Shown here piece by piece: positions 45,424 to 56,140 of a DNA stretch of 64,000 bases. The stretch is from positions 1,952,001-2,016,000 of the forward strand of contig OX638351.1 in the NCBI GenBank assembly GCA_951813565.1, in the 5' to 3' direction. Within the stretch, counting starts at the first letter, position 1, and each line of letters opens with the position of its first letter. The notes under the pieces were generated by a model. The model had not been told where the DNA came from, did not search any database, and was given only the letters and a program-made list of their open reading frames with translations. The translations under genes were made by a program, and so were the position numbers. Origin of the DNA: an uncultured Poribacteria bacterium. Lineage in GTDB: Bacteria > Poribacteria > WGA-4E > WGA-3G.

Positions 45424-46599
45424 TTATGGACAAACAAACTTCCCTAACACCTTCCCACACGATGCCCCTGTTGCATTCGGAACGTTACCAAAATTGCCAT
45501 GCAACGCCTCGTTCGCAAGGATAGCAAAGGCAATTGCCTCTTTAGCATCTCCTGAAATTCCTTTTTCTGCAACATCAACAACTGGAATGGGATCAAACGC
45601 GTCGGCAAGACCGCGCATCATAAAAGGGTTTTGCGCGCCGCCACCGCTGACGTATAAAATATCCAATGGCGATTTTGCTTCAACAAAATGCTTATAGTAT
45701 TGGGCGATACTTTTGACTGTCAATGCTGTGACTGTTGCAAGTCCATCGGACTCTGAAATTTCTTCAGCGCTTATCTGTTGTAAGCAGGCATCTGCAAACG
45801 CTGTGCCAAACATTTCGCGTCCAGTCGTTTTGGGTGGGGACAACTCAAAAAACGGATGTGCAAGCCACGTTTTTAAAAGGTTTTTACACACCGTGCCTTG
45901 CTTTGCCAATTCTCCATTTTCATCAAACTGCTTTTCGTTATCAGTTATCTTTTGAACGCATGCGTCTAAAATCATATTGCCGGGACCTGTATCTGATGCT
46001 TGAACTGCTTCAAGGCCGCAACCTGCTGGTAGCACTGTCAGATTAGCAATACCCCCGATGTTCAAAAGTCCAATTGTTTGTGTTGAATGGTGAAATAGCA
46101 TATAATCGGGATATGCGATTAACGGTGCGCCTTCGCCGCCTGCTGCGACATCTGCTACACGGAAATCGGCGATTGTTGGGATACCTGTTTCATGTGCTAT
46201 CACAGCAGGTTCGCCAATCTGTAGTGTAGCGGGGGTTGGTGCTGAAGGCATGTGGTGAATTGTTTGCCCGTGGGATCCGATGAGGTCAACTTGTGTTAGC
46301 GTCATGCCAACCTTTTTTAGCACTGCTAAAACACTTTCCGCGAATATCTTTCCGAGCACAAAATTCATTGTGCAGATTTCATCAACTCGTGCTGTGTCAA
46401 CGCTAAAAAGGTCAAAAATTCTCTTGCGCGTCTCAGCCTTATACGGGACCGTTTCAAATGCTATCAGGTCTATTTTCGTAGTCAGTCCTGACCCTATAAT
46501 GTCAACAATGGCAACATCTACTCCATCTGCAGATGTTCCACTCATTAACCCTATAACAGTCTTTTTCTCTTTTTGTAGTAGGTCGTAAAATGGTTTCAT
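45424..46599 (-). CDS. anmK: Anhydro-N-acetylmuramic acid kinase
   Basis: IGLMSGTSADG, GSHGQT, DFR..D.AAGGEGAPL, NIGGIAN, DTGPGN, PPKTTGRE, KEAIAFA. Confidence 0.95.
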   Translation of the reverse strand: MKPFYDLLQKEKKTVIGLMSGTSADGVDVAIVDIIGSGLTTKIDLIAFETVPYKAETRKRIFDLFSVDTARVDEICTMNFVLGKIFAESVLAVLKKVGMTLTQVDLIGSHGQTIHHMPSAPTPATLQIGEPAVIAHETGIPTIADFRVADVAAGGEGAPLIAYPDYMLFHHSTQTIGLLNIGGIANLTVLPAGCGLEAVQASDTGPGNMILDACVQKITDNEKQFDENGELAKQGTVCKNLLKTWLAHPFFELSPPKTTGREMFGTAFADACLQQISAEEISESDGLATVTALTVKSIAQYYKHFVEAKSPLDILYVSGGGAQNPFMMRGLADAFDPIPVVDVAEKGISGDAKEAIAFAILANEALHGNFGNVPNATGASCGKVLGKFVCP

Positions 46600-46711
46600 G
46601 GTTATTGGTTATCGGTAATCGGTTAAGACAGGGATCGCTTTCAAAAGTTTCTTTAACCGAATTGGTGAATGGCACGACGGAGCGTGCCTACTACTATGCA
46701 ACGGATAACGA

Positions 46712-47884
46712 TTAATACAACAGATAAGGTTCTCGCCTTACCCGAAATTGTTCTATGTCAATTGACCATGTTTCAATAATTTCATCGCACGGTGTTCCTG
46801 CTAACAGCGCCCCCCGAAGAGTTGAACTGCCTGCTAATCTATCAAAATGTGTTTCGCGAAATTCAAATTCACTGGGATGTTCATCAATTAATATTCCTAA
46901 CATCCGGACTGCCACTTCAACCGGTGCCACCTGCTTGGTATCGGTGATATGTATTGCAACGCCGTGACACACTTCACCTTCATATTTGGAGAATTGCGGC
47001 GTAAACACAATTGGACGGAAAAGCACACCTGGAAATTGATGCTTGTTCAAGCGAGTTGCCCATCTCTCTTTATTTATCCACGGTGCACCAATATATTCAA
47101 ACGGTTTTGTCGTGCCGCGTCCTTCGCTCACATTAGTGCCTTCAAATAGACATGTTCCTGGATAGAGTGTGGCTGTATCAAGTGTTGGCATATTCGGTGA
47201 AGGCGGGATCCAATGCAAGTCTGTATCGCTGTACCACATCTCACGATGCCACCCTTGCAGCCGAGCTATCTTAAGTGGAAAGTTAAATCCTTGTTCGGCA
47301 TGAAAAAGTCTTGCGATTTCGCCAATCGTCATGCCGTAGCGCACTGGGATCGGATACGGGCCAACTAACGAAGTGTGATCTGATTCTAACAGTGGTCCTT
47401 CTATGCTGATCCCTCCGATGGGATTCGGACGATCCGCAACAATACACTCAACACATTTTTCCGAGTCCATTGACCATTCAAGTGCTTTCATCGTTTCCAG
47501 CAACGTGCCAAGATATGTATAATACCGTGCTCCCACATCCTGTATATCGTAGATAAGTACATCTAAAGTTTGGAGTGCTTCGGCCCATGCAAAGGGTGTT
47601 GTTCCATACAGACTATAGACCTGTAGCGTCTGTTCCTCAGATCCATTTTTTTCTTGATTTTGACGATATTTGGTGTCTGCTATCTTTATTCCATCTTGTG
47701 CTGCACCCCACAACCCATGCTCTGGCGAAAAGAGAGCATCTAAATTGAAGTGATTATTTAGGAGCGTAATATTTTGCGTTAAGTTTTCGTCAACGCCAGT
47801 GTGATTTGTTAGCAGACCGATCGATTTTCCATCGAGCCATTCCTGTTTTTCTGTGAGTAGGTGGGTTATACCGAGTTTTATCAT
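46712..47884 (-). CDS. namZ: Exo-beta-N-acetylmuramidase NamZ (DUF1343)
   Basis: FSPEHG, DIQDVGARYYTY, DRPNP, GMTIGE, PPSPNM, SEGRGT..PF. Confidence 0.9.
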   Translation of the reverse strand: MIKLGITHLLTEKQEWLDGKSIGLLTNHTGVDENLTQNITLLNNHFNLDALFSPEHGLWGAAQDGIKIADTKYRQNQEKNGSEEQTLQVYSLYGTTPFAWAEALQTLDVLIYDIQDVGARYYTYLGTLLETMKALEWSMDSEKCVECIVADRPNPIGGISIEGPLLESDHTSLVGPYPIPVRYGMTIGEIARLFHAEQGFNFPLKIARLQGWHREMWYSDTDLHWIPPSPNMPTLDTATLYPGTCLFEGTNVSEGRGTTKPFEYIGAPWINKERWATRLNKHQFPGVLFRPIVFTPQFSKYEGEVCHGVAIHITDTKQVAPVEVAVRMLGILIDEHPSEFEFRETHFDRLAGSSTLRGALLAGTPCDEIIETWSIDIEQFRVRREPYLLY

Positions 47885-48939
47885 CCGAACACTATCCTGT
47901 GGAATTGATTACGACATTCAATGATGCCTGTGCGTTGTGCATCTGGGTGAACCCGATTTGTCAACAAGATAGCAGCTATCCCCTTTTCAAGATCAATCCG
48001 TATTGAGGTGCCGGTGAAACCAGTATGATACATTGAACCGTCAGCAAGGATATGCCAACCGATACTTCGTTGTTCGGAAGCATCGTGCGGTGTCAGTGGT
48101 GTTGCCAATGCTTTTATGCTGCCAGGAGATAGAAACGTGCTGCCGTTTTGGAGTAGCATCTGACAAAAAATAATGAGGTCTCTCACATTAGAAAAAAGTC
48201 CTGCATTACCGGATACGCCACCCAGAAAATTGGCATTTTCATCGTGAACTTCCCCGACAATAACACCTTCGCGCCAGTTATGACCACGGTAATAACGACC
48301 ATGCTGCCCCGATTTTATCATTCTGCGTTCGAAACTGTTTGAATCTTCTGTTGCTGCACAGTTGTCATGCAGCTGCGGTGGTGGATTGTATAAGGTGCGG
48401 TTCATAGCAAGTGGTTTGAAGATAGCCTTATGCGCCAAACTATCTAACGCTTCTCCTGTGACAGTAGAGATAAGCTTCCCCATAAGAATATATCCTAAGC
48501 AGCTATAGGTAACCTTCTTACCAGGGACAGCTTCAAGTGGCATTCTACCCAAATGTTGTATCACATCTTCAGGTGAATCTGTTTCAATATAGAGCGGTTT
48601 CCAAGCGGGTAATCCAGAGGTATGTGTGAGTAGATGGCGACACGTAATATGCGGGTGTTTGAACGCGGGGAGATATGTCTGTGCTGGCGCATCTAACGAC
48701 AACTTTCCAGATGCAACCAACTGCATGGTAAGTGTTCCGATGACGATAGGTTTTGTTAAGGAGGCGAGATCAAACAACGTGTCGTGAAGCATCGGTGCTT
48801 GCTTCGGTGTTATAATACGGTCTCCGAACGCTGCGTGATAAATAACGTTGTCTTTTTTAAGGATAGCAACAACAGCACCGGGGAATATCTTTTCGGTGAT
48901 TTTCTCTTCAATGAGTGTTGAAATTGCTTTAGCAGTCAT
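47881..48939 (-). CDS. Serine hydrolase, beta-lactamase family (AmiE-like)
   Basis: FDLASLTK (SxxK), LLTHTSGL, YSC, GEVHDENA, HTGFTG, LTNRVHP. Confidence 0.88.
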   Translation of the reverse strand: MTAKAISTLIEEKITEKIFPGAVVAILKKDNVIYHAAFGDRIITPKQAPMLHDTLFDLASLTKPIVIGTLTMQLVASGKLSLDAPAQTYLPAFKHPHITCRHLLTHTSGLPAWKPLYIETDSPEDVIQHLGRMPLEAVPGKKVTYSCLGYILMGKLISTVTGEALDSLAHKAIFKPLAMNRTLYNPPPQLHDNCAATEDSNSFERRMIKSGQHGRYYRGHNWREGVIVGEVHDENANFLGGVSGNAGLFSNVRDLIIFCQMLLQNGSTFLSPGSIKALATPLTPHDASEQRSIGWHILADGSMYHTGFTGTSIRIDLEKGIAAILLTNRVHPDAQRTGIIECRNQFHRIVFG

Positions 48940-49159
48940 CACCCATGAGTTTATCTTATTTTTGGAAACGGTGTCAACAGATTTGTTGTGAGTATTGGTT
49001 ATAGAATGTGTTAGAAGGCAGATAATTGACGTTGCTACTTTACAATATGGTGAATTATAAAAATAAATATACACCTTCACCCCTCTGCTGGCGAGGTTTC
49101 CTAACCTCGCTGGTGCAAAGTGTCCAAATAATTCTAAAATCTACCATATATAGCACGCG

Positions 49160-50214
49160 TTAGGGTGAAATACCACTGATGAGTGTTCGTAAGTGTCGTC
49201 CCGTTTCCACATCCCACAGCTCTACTCCGCCTAATATATTGTCACTCGCGATAGTTTTTCCGTCAGGACTGAACGCTACCATTCTTCCCATTCTCCTGAC
49301 AAGATCCCGCTTATTTTTTATTCTGAACTTATTTTCTCTTGTGAGCGTTCGGAGGAGTTGTCCGGTCTTCACATTCCACAGACGGATAGCACTGTAAATA
49401 CTGGTACTTGCGATAGTTTTTCCGTCCGGACTAAACGCAACGCTCCAGACAGCTGTCATTTGCTCTGTGGTGAGAGTTCGGAGTGGCTCTCCTGTATCCG
49501 CCTCCCATAGACGCACAGTTTTGTCATGGCTTCCACTTGCGATAGTTTTTCCATCTGAGCTGAACGCAACGTCCCAGACGGTTGCCGTATGCCCTATGAG
49601 AGTTTGAAGGAGTTTTCCTGTCTGTGCATCCCACAAGCGCACAGTTTTATCATAACCGCCGCTTGCGATAGTCTTTTCGTCGGGACTAAACGCCACGCTC
49701 CATATCTTTTCTGTATGTCCTCTAAATGTTTGGAGGATTTTTCCTGTGTCCACATCCAACAGATAGAGGGTTTTGTCCCAACTCCCATTTATGAGTGCCT
49801 TGCCATCCGGACTAAACGCCACGCTCCTTGCCCAATTCGTATGTCCTGTAAATTTTCGGAGGTTTTTGCCTGTGTGTGCATCCCACAAACGAATGGTATT
49901 GTCCTGCACGCCACCACCTGCAAGTATATTTCCGTCCGGGCTAAATGCAATGGTAGCGGCAGAATCTGTAAACCCTGTGAATTGCACAATTTCATTACCT
50001 GTCCGGGCATCATAGAGCCAAATACCTTTGGTATTTGCCATCGCGAGTCGTGTGCCATCGGGAGAATACTTTATATCAGTGATAGCGCCTTTTTTCTGGT
50101 GTGCTTCCCGCCTTTGGTTAAATTATTTCGTGGTGAATTTTGCGCAAGGATGCAAGACATAAATGTGAAGGGGACGAACAGTACTATCAAAATTGAAGAC
50201 AATTTGTTTTTCAT
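49160..50214 (-). pseudogene. Secreted WD40-repeat protein, frameshifted at A6 run (50090-50095)
   Basis: Signal-peptide ORF from ATG 50214 stops at 50071. The WD40 body (KGAITDIKYSPDG...) continues in the -1 frame to 49160. Confidence 0.8.
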
Positions 50215-51268
50215 GGGTGTGTTCTCCTTTTGTGTTGCTCTAAGCGGTAGTAATCGAGTATTTCGAGTCTTCGGAGTTGTCGTCCGGTTTCCGCGTCCCA
50301 CAGATCTACTTCATTGCTACCGCAAACTGCGATAGTCGTTCCATCTGGACTAAACGCCACCGCACTAAAACCATGACCCGAGTTCCGATCTCTGAATGTT
50401 TGGAGTTGTTTTCCTGTATCCACCTCCCATAGACAAGTGTGGTGAAGATCAGCACTTGCGAGAGTCTTTCCATCCGGACTGAACGCTATGCTACTGACCC
50501 AATGCCTATTCTCGAATATTCGTAGGCGTTTGCCTGTATTCGCATTCCACAGGCGGATGGTATTGTCATGACCTCCAGTAGCGATAATCTTGCCATCCGG
50601 ACTAAACGCCACGGACCGGACCCATCCCGTATGCCCTGTGAGTGTTCGGAGTTGTTTTCCTGTGTTCACATCCCACAGACGGATAGTATTGTCCAAACTC
50701 CCAGTAGCGATAGTTCTTCCATCCGGACTAAACACTACACACCAGATCAATTCCGTATGTCCTGTGAGTGTTCGGAGTTGTTTTCCTGTGTCCGCATTTA
50801 ACAGATAGATTTTTTTTCTAAATCTCTAATTGCGATAGTCTTGCCATCCGGACTAAACGCTATGCACCAGTCCGATAATGTCTTATGCCCTATAAGTGTT
50901 CGGAGGAGTTGTCCCGTGTTCATATCCCACAGACGAATGGTATTACTGAAACTTGCCCTTGCGATCATATTTCCGTTCCTACTAAACGCGATTTTCACAG
51001 CCCTACCCGTATGCTCTGCGACTTTGATAGGTTCGTCATCTGTACGGACATCGTAAAGCAAAATGCCGAAGTTCCCCGCCACCGCGAGGCGTGTGCCATC
51101 GGGAGAATACTTTATATCATAGACGTTGACTTTCCCAGGTCGCACTTTCGCGTCCTCAAAGAAATCCCCTTGCTGTGGATCGTCCTGCGGGGTTTGGGCA
51201 AGGCTGTTAAATGTAAATGTGAGTACTATCAACAGTACTGGCAAAATTGAAAACAATCTATTTCTCAT
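50211..51268 (-). pseudogene. Secreted WD40-repeat protein, frameshifted at A8 run (50810-50817)
   Basis: ORF from 51268 stops at 50798. One extra A gives EKKIYLLNADTGKQLRTLTGH and joins 50211-50750. Confidence 0.8.
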
Positions 51269-51400
51269 CGGTTAGTTCTCCTTTTGTGTTGTGCAAAACA
51301 CCTATTTGGGTAGAAAGACATGGATTAGATACAAAATCATTTTAACATTGCGTTTATCCTACTATGCATTGGATTCAATGTCAATTGTCCTATCTGAATC

Positions 51401-51638
51401 GGGTGTGTAAATATCTTGTCAATTTCTGAATCTCGAATTTTGCGGATGCCGCAGATTTCGCGGATTATCCCTTCATACACGCCACAATCATTTTCCAAAA
51501 AACGCTGTTGTCACAAGACACCTCTTCAATCCGCGTCTGTCCGCGTCATCTGTGATAATCCGCGATTCAGACAAAATTGGAGTTAGAAAACCTTCCTACA
51601 AGAGAATAAGGTGGACAATATCAAAAACTTACACACCC
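51401..51638. mobile_element. MITE with GGGTGTGTAA / TTACACACCC ends
   Basis: Same termini as 904-999 and the adjacent IS. Internal long inverted repeat (TCTGAATC..CGGATT / AATCCGCG..GATTCAGAC) also at 53659-53842. Confidence 0.65.
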
Positions 51639-51778
51639 TGATATAGTAAAATCTGAAAACAAGTTGACACACATAAAGGATGTTAACCCCCTACCCCTTG
51701 TCAGTGAGGAAACCGTGACGTTTTCGTTAAATTGTAGTGTATAGGCAATTGTAAAATTTACTATAAAAAGAGAAGGCA

Positions 51779-53504
51779 GGGTGCGTAAAGTTTTGGTTAT
51801 AAGTGTCATGCTGCCTGTTTGAGTTCATTCCAATATTTGTCCCAGTCCCCATTTTTCACTAAACACCGTAAGGCAAGCACCGGGTTGATACCTTTCTCTT
51901 TCCACCTCATAGCAGCTTGTGGACACCTTTGTCCGACAACCTGTGGACAGGCACTCTCAATCACACCACTCCCGATTTGATACCCTTTTTCCCGAAACTT
52001 TTTATACCGCGGACGATCAGCGTGTTTTTCAAAATGCCGTGCTTCTCTTTCGAAAATATCCGATACTTCCGGGTGCTGTGTGTCTAAGCCACGAATGCGT
52101 GTGGCTACTTCTGTAATGTTGCCATCATAAAGGATAGGTTCTGTAGTTTTTACCCCATAGGCGTCAATTTAGTGAGTAAGGTTAATGCGTCTGATACACC
52201 TTTCGCCCCTCTGGGGCTTGATATTGGTGGGATCAATGCTTACTATACACCTTTCGCCTCTCTGAGGCTTTAGTAAATCACATATTAGCACCAGCGGTGC
52301 GGAAGGTGTATAGAATATATATCACCCCAAACCGAAGCACCAGCGGTGCGAAAGGTGTGTGGGCTAAAATCGGGCTTATAAAGCCCTCCCACAAGAAAAA
52401 CCAACATATATTTTCTTAAATTGACACCTATGGGTTCTGTAGTTTTTACCCAGTCTTGTATCGCCTCTGTTTCAGTCTCTCCGAAGGCAACTTTAGCAAC
52501 ATCGGACAGATGAGATTTCGCGTGCTTGTAATCCACAATCTCAACAGCATTGGGAAAGTATTCATCTGCTAAGTTCCAAATCCACGCAGCACCATCACCA
52601 AGAAACACAATCTCTTGCGTATCAATAGCTTCTTGGTAGATGCCACTATTGGTTGCTAACGCATATAACTCCTTACCAAAATGTGCTGCATCATTACGCG
52701 TTGCGACATAACGGATACTTGTCTCTCTCGCACTTGACACCGCATCAGAACCACATTGTGGATAATCTCTGTAAACACAACCGACTTTTGTCTCTTGCCA
52801 TCCATCAGTAGAGTTGGTGTAGCATCCATCACAACTTACATACCAACGCTGATTAGCCGCAAGTATTTGCGGTTCAACTTGTGCTGACACGCTCAAGTCT
52901 GATGACCACTCAAGCACTTTTTCGCGCACTATCGTATGGCTCACTTCTATCCCTTGAAAAGCCAACGCTTTCGCAGCAGCTCTATAGTCAAAATGCGCCG
53001 CAACATAACACATCCGCTCTACAACACGACGCGTCCATTTACCTCGCAACTTTTGACACGCATCCCAAGGTCTATGATAATGACCCGACGCACAACAATA
53101 CACCCAACGCTGCACACGGATCTTGCCACAAAGTGTCGTGATGTTTACACCGCGTTTCTGTATCGGACGACACGCTTGTTCACATTGTGGACATTCAACA
53201 GGTGCTGCTGATTGCTGAGATGCTGCTTCTGATACAACACTTCCAGCAACTTTTGACCACTTCTAAGCATCAGGTCTCACATACAAGTCTCAGCTGCTTC
53301 TAATGATATGCAACGGGATGACGAAAGTTCGCTTGCCACCTGAGCAATCTCTTCTAAAATCTCTTTGACTTCTGGGTTCTCTAATGATATATTAAACATT
53401 GGTATCCTCTTCCTTTTTTGAATTTATTAGGATAGGATACCCATTTTTATTGTAACTCGCAACAACTCTGGACATCAGAGTTGCTACAAAAACTTTACAC
53501 ACCC
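51779..53504 (-). mobile_element. Degenerate ISKra4/ISLre2-type IS with broken transposase
   Basis: IRs GGGTGCGTAAAGTTTT / AAAACTTTACACACCC. Fragment 52285-53115 has SCDG, ETKVG, GDGAAWIW, DYKHA. Frameshifts plus an internal MITE insertion. Confidence 0.78.
52156..52432. mobile_element. MITE with CATAGGYGTCAATTTA ends and 19-bp target duplication
   Basis: Flanked by GGTTCTGTAGTTTTTACCC at 52137-52155 and 52433-52451. Same end sequence at 19136. Confidence 0.8.
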
Positions 53505-53566
53505 ATTGTTGGGGGTGTGTAAAGTTTTTGTAGAAATCCGCCCTACAGTGGAAAACGCCGCGTAAT

Positions 53567-53877
53567 CATTAGACATTATAACGTTTTAATTGTGAGTTAT
53601 TGGTCTGCGGAAAAATCTTATGTTTGTCCGTTGGGCAGATGAGGCATCGCGCGCAACTTTCTGAATCTCGGATTTATCGGATGACGCAGATGGCACGGAT
53701 TATTGGATACTGGTAACAACAAGTCGTTTTCATAATGTCCGGTCAATAACAGAAGGCGTGCATGCGTCCGTTGAATGTGCGGATACAAAGTTCTTAAAAT
53801 CCGCGTCATCCGATAAATCTGCGATAATCCGCGATTCTGACAACACAACGCAGATTAAATCATTATAATGTCTAATG
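53567..53877. mobile_element. MITE with CATTAGACATTATAA IRs
   Basis: Perfect 15-bp IRs. Truncates the GGGTGTGT MITE starting at 53513. Confidence 0.65.
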
Positions 53878-54207
53878 CCGATATCACAAATCGGATAATT
53901 TTCAGAAACCTATCAATAACCTCACAGTATGTTTAGCGTTGCTGATTTGTAGTATATAATGCAACATTTTTAGAATACCGATTTTTTGCAATTATCAGCA
54001 TATAGAAATAATGCGCAATTATTGTGCCAATTGTGTTTTCATATATGAGGCGTTGGTTGAATTAGACATCAAAGTCGAAGGCTGTGAAACAAACAACAAT
54101 TCCATACTATTTTCTGTCAATTTTAATTTGGTTTTCGTCCTGATATGTGGTATCATTTAAAGAAGAAATTCTTTACTTTTCATGAGTTACTAATAGGAGG
54201 TTTTTTA

Positions 54208-54672
54208 ATGGCAGAAATAGGAAAAACTGCTCCAGATTTCAGTTTATCAGGATCCACAGATCAGGAAGATACAGATGTTACGTTGGCTGATTTTGAGGGG
54301 AAAAAACTCGTAGTCCTATTTTATCCACTTGATTTTTCACCTGTGTGTTCGGAACAAGTTCCAGATTTTAATGAGAACTTAGACGCTATTCGTGCAAAAG
54401 GTGCGGACGTAATTGCTATCAATCGCGACTCAACTTTTGCACACAAAGCATGGAGTGAGTCACTGGGTGGTATCGGTTTTCCGCTTCTCTCAGACATGAA
54501 TCTTGAAATTTCAAAACAGTATGGAATGGCACTTGAAGAAGTCGGTATAACCACACGGGGTGTTTTTATTATTGACGAAGCAGGTAAAATAGTCTTCAAA
54601 CACATTGAAGATGCACCGCCAGACAATACGTTAACCGCAGAACAGGTACTGAACGAACTTGACAAACTGTAA
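54208..54672 (+). CDS. Peroxiredoxin (AhpC/TSA, 1-Cys, AhpE-like)
   Basis: APDFSL, FYPLDFSPVC, FPLLSD, RGVFIID. RBS GGAGG. Confidence 0.9.
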   Translation: MAEIGKTAPDFSLSGSTDQEDTDVTLADFEGKKLVVLFYPLDFSPVCSEQVPDFNENLDAIRAKGADVIAINRDSTFAHKAWSESLGGIGFPLLSDMNLEISKQYGMALEEVGITTRGVFIIDEAGKIVFKHIEDAPPDNTLTAEQVLNELDKL

Positions 54673-54865
54673 GCGGCATTTTTGGGTATTTAATAATTAT
54701 AAAGAGGCGGGTAAACAGATTACCCGTCTTTCGTTATCTTAAGTTTTTTGCGGTGTCCCTAAACAAGTATTTTGGACAATAGACATTCTGATGGCACCGA
54801 ACACATAATGTTAAAAATGCTGGAAGCAGACGAATACCGTTATCTATTTGTTTTACATCTTTACC

Positions 54866-54894
54866 TTGACAATCCCTATTAGATATGGTATAAT
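54866..54894 (+). promoter_or_regulatory. Consensus sigma70 promoter of tRNA-Gly
   Basis: TTGACA-17 bp-TATAAT with extended -10 TG. Confidence 0.8.
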
Positions 54895-54906
54895 TGTCAA
54901 AAGGGC

Positions 54907-54978
54907 GCGGGTGTAGCTCAGCGGTAGAGCGTCAGCTTCCCAAGCTGAGGGTCGCGGGTTCAATTCCCGTCACCCGCT
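54907..54978 (+). tRNA. tRNA-Gly (CCC)
   Basis: Acceptor GCGGGTG/CACCCGC, D-arm GCTCAGCGGTAGAGC, anticodon loop TTCCCAA, T-loop GGTTCAATTCC. CCA not encoded. Confidence 0.96.
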
Positions 54979-55005
54979 TGAATGTGAAGAAATACCGAGG
55001 AAATC

Positions 55006-56139
55006 ATGGCGCGAAATACTCGACTGACCAAAGAAGAAATCCAAGAAGATAAATTTATTGAATTCATTCTGCAGTGTTATGGTTTTCTGAAAAATAATGT
55101 CAGAACCATTAGCATCGCCGTAGCGATTGCCATCGTCGGCGTTGTGAGTTTTTTAGTCTACATGCAAAATCAAGAAAAAAAACAAGCCGAAGCTGCAGCG
55201 AACTTCACTAATGCTACTGAAACTTATAAAGAAGCTGAAACGAATTTTTTAGATGTGTCAGCACCGAGCGAAAGTGAAGATGAAGCAACCACTGAAAAAG
55301 CAACTTTTCAAGATGCTGAAGAGAAACTGCAGCAAATTTTTGAGAAATATTCGAACACTGCATTGGCTGACAAAGCAAGATTTAATTACGCTAAAAGCCT
55401 CTATTACCAAGGTAAATATCAGGAAGCACGGCAGCAATTTGAAAAGATCGTTGATACACAAACACCTGAAAATCAGATTTACGCATTGTATGCACAAAAG
55501 GCAGTAGGCAACTGTTACGAACAAGAGGGAGATTACACAAATGCAATTGCAGCTTATGAAGCGAGAGCATTTCCGACTACTTCGCAGCTTGCACCCGAAA
55601 TTCGCCAGTTTGTTATTACCAGTACCAAATACAATCAAGCGCTTTGTCATGAAAAATTGAATGCAGAGGACGATGCCAAGGCATCTTACAAGGAGATTAT
55701 TGACGACTTCCAGAATACGCTTAACAATGCCATAGAGCAGAGAAGTATTGATCTAATTGAGGATGCCAAAGAAGTGATCGCAGTAATTGTGGAGCCTTTA
55801 GAACTCACAAAAGCGGAACAGATGGAATCGGAAGAACTTTTCTTTGAATCACTTGTCACATATACTGATGCGATTCGTGCGTATAAGGTTGAAAAAGATG
55901 TCGGAGGCGGGTTGTTACAGAATGTGCGAGAACGTATCCGACGTTTTGAAGACGTGGCAACTACGGTTATCGGAAACGTGCAATCAGCACGTAAGTATGA
56001 AAAATCTGGATCCCAAAGTGCGGCACTTAATGCGTACAACCAAGTTGTGGAATTCAATACGTACGGATTAAATCGTGAACTTTATGAGCGCGCTCTTCTC
56101 AACTATGACCGCCTTACAATTGCTGGAAAAGGGGAGTGA
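55006..56139 (+). CDS. Membrane-anchored TPR protein (YfgM-like N-terminus)
   Basis: RLTKEEIQEDKF, one TM helix, TPR repeats. Confidence 0.8.
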   Translation: MARNTRLTKEEIQEDKFIEFILQCYGFLKNNVRTISIAVAIAIVGVVSFLVYMQNQEKKQAEAAANFTNATETYKEAETNFLDVSAPSESEDEATTEKATFQDAEEKLQQIFEKYSNTALADKARFNYAKSLYYQGKYQEARQQFEKIVDTQTPENQIYALYAQKAVGNCYEQEGDYTNAIAAYEARAFPTTSQLAPEIRQFVITSTKYNQALCHEKLNAEDDAKASYKEIIDDFQNTLNNAIEQRSIDLIEDAKEVIAVIVEPLELTKAEQMESEELFFESLVTYTDAIRAYKVEKDVGGGLLQNVRERIRRFEDVATTVIGNVQSARKYEKSGSQSAALNAYNQVVEFNTYGLNRELYERALLNYDRLTIAGKGE

Positions 56140-56140
56140 A

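Noticed and set aside
54907..54978. tRNA-Gly as an integration site for an island
   Set aside because: I found no duplicated tRNA 3' end and no integrase in the window.
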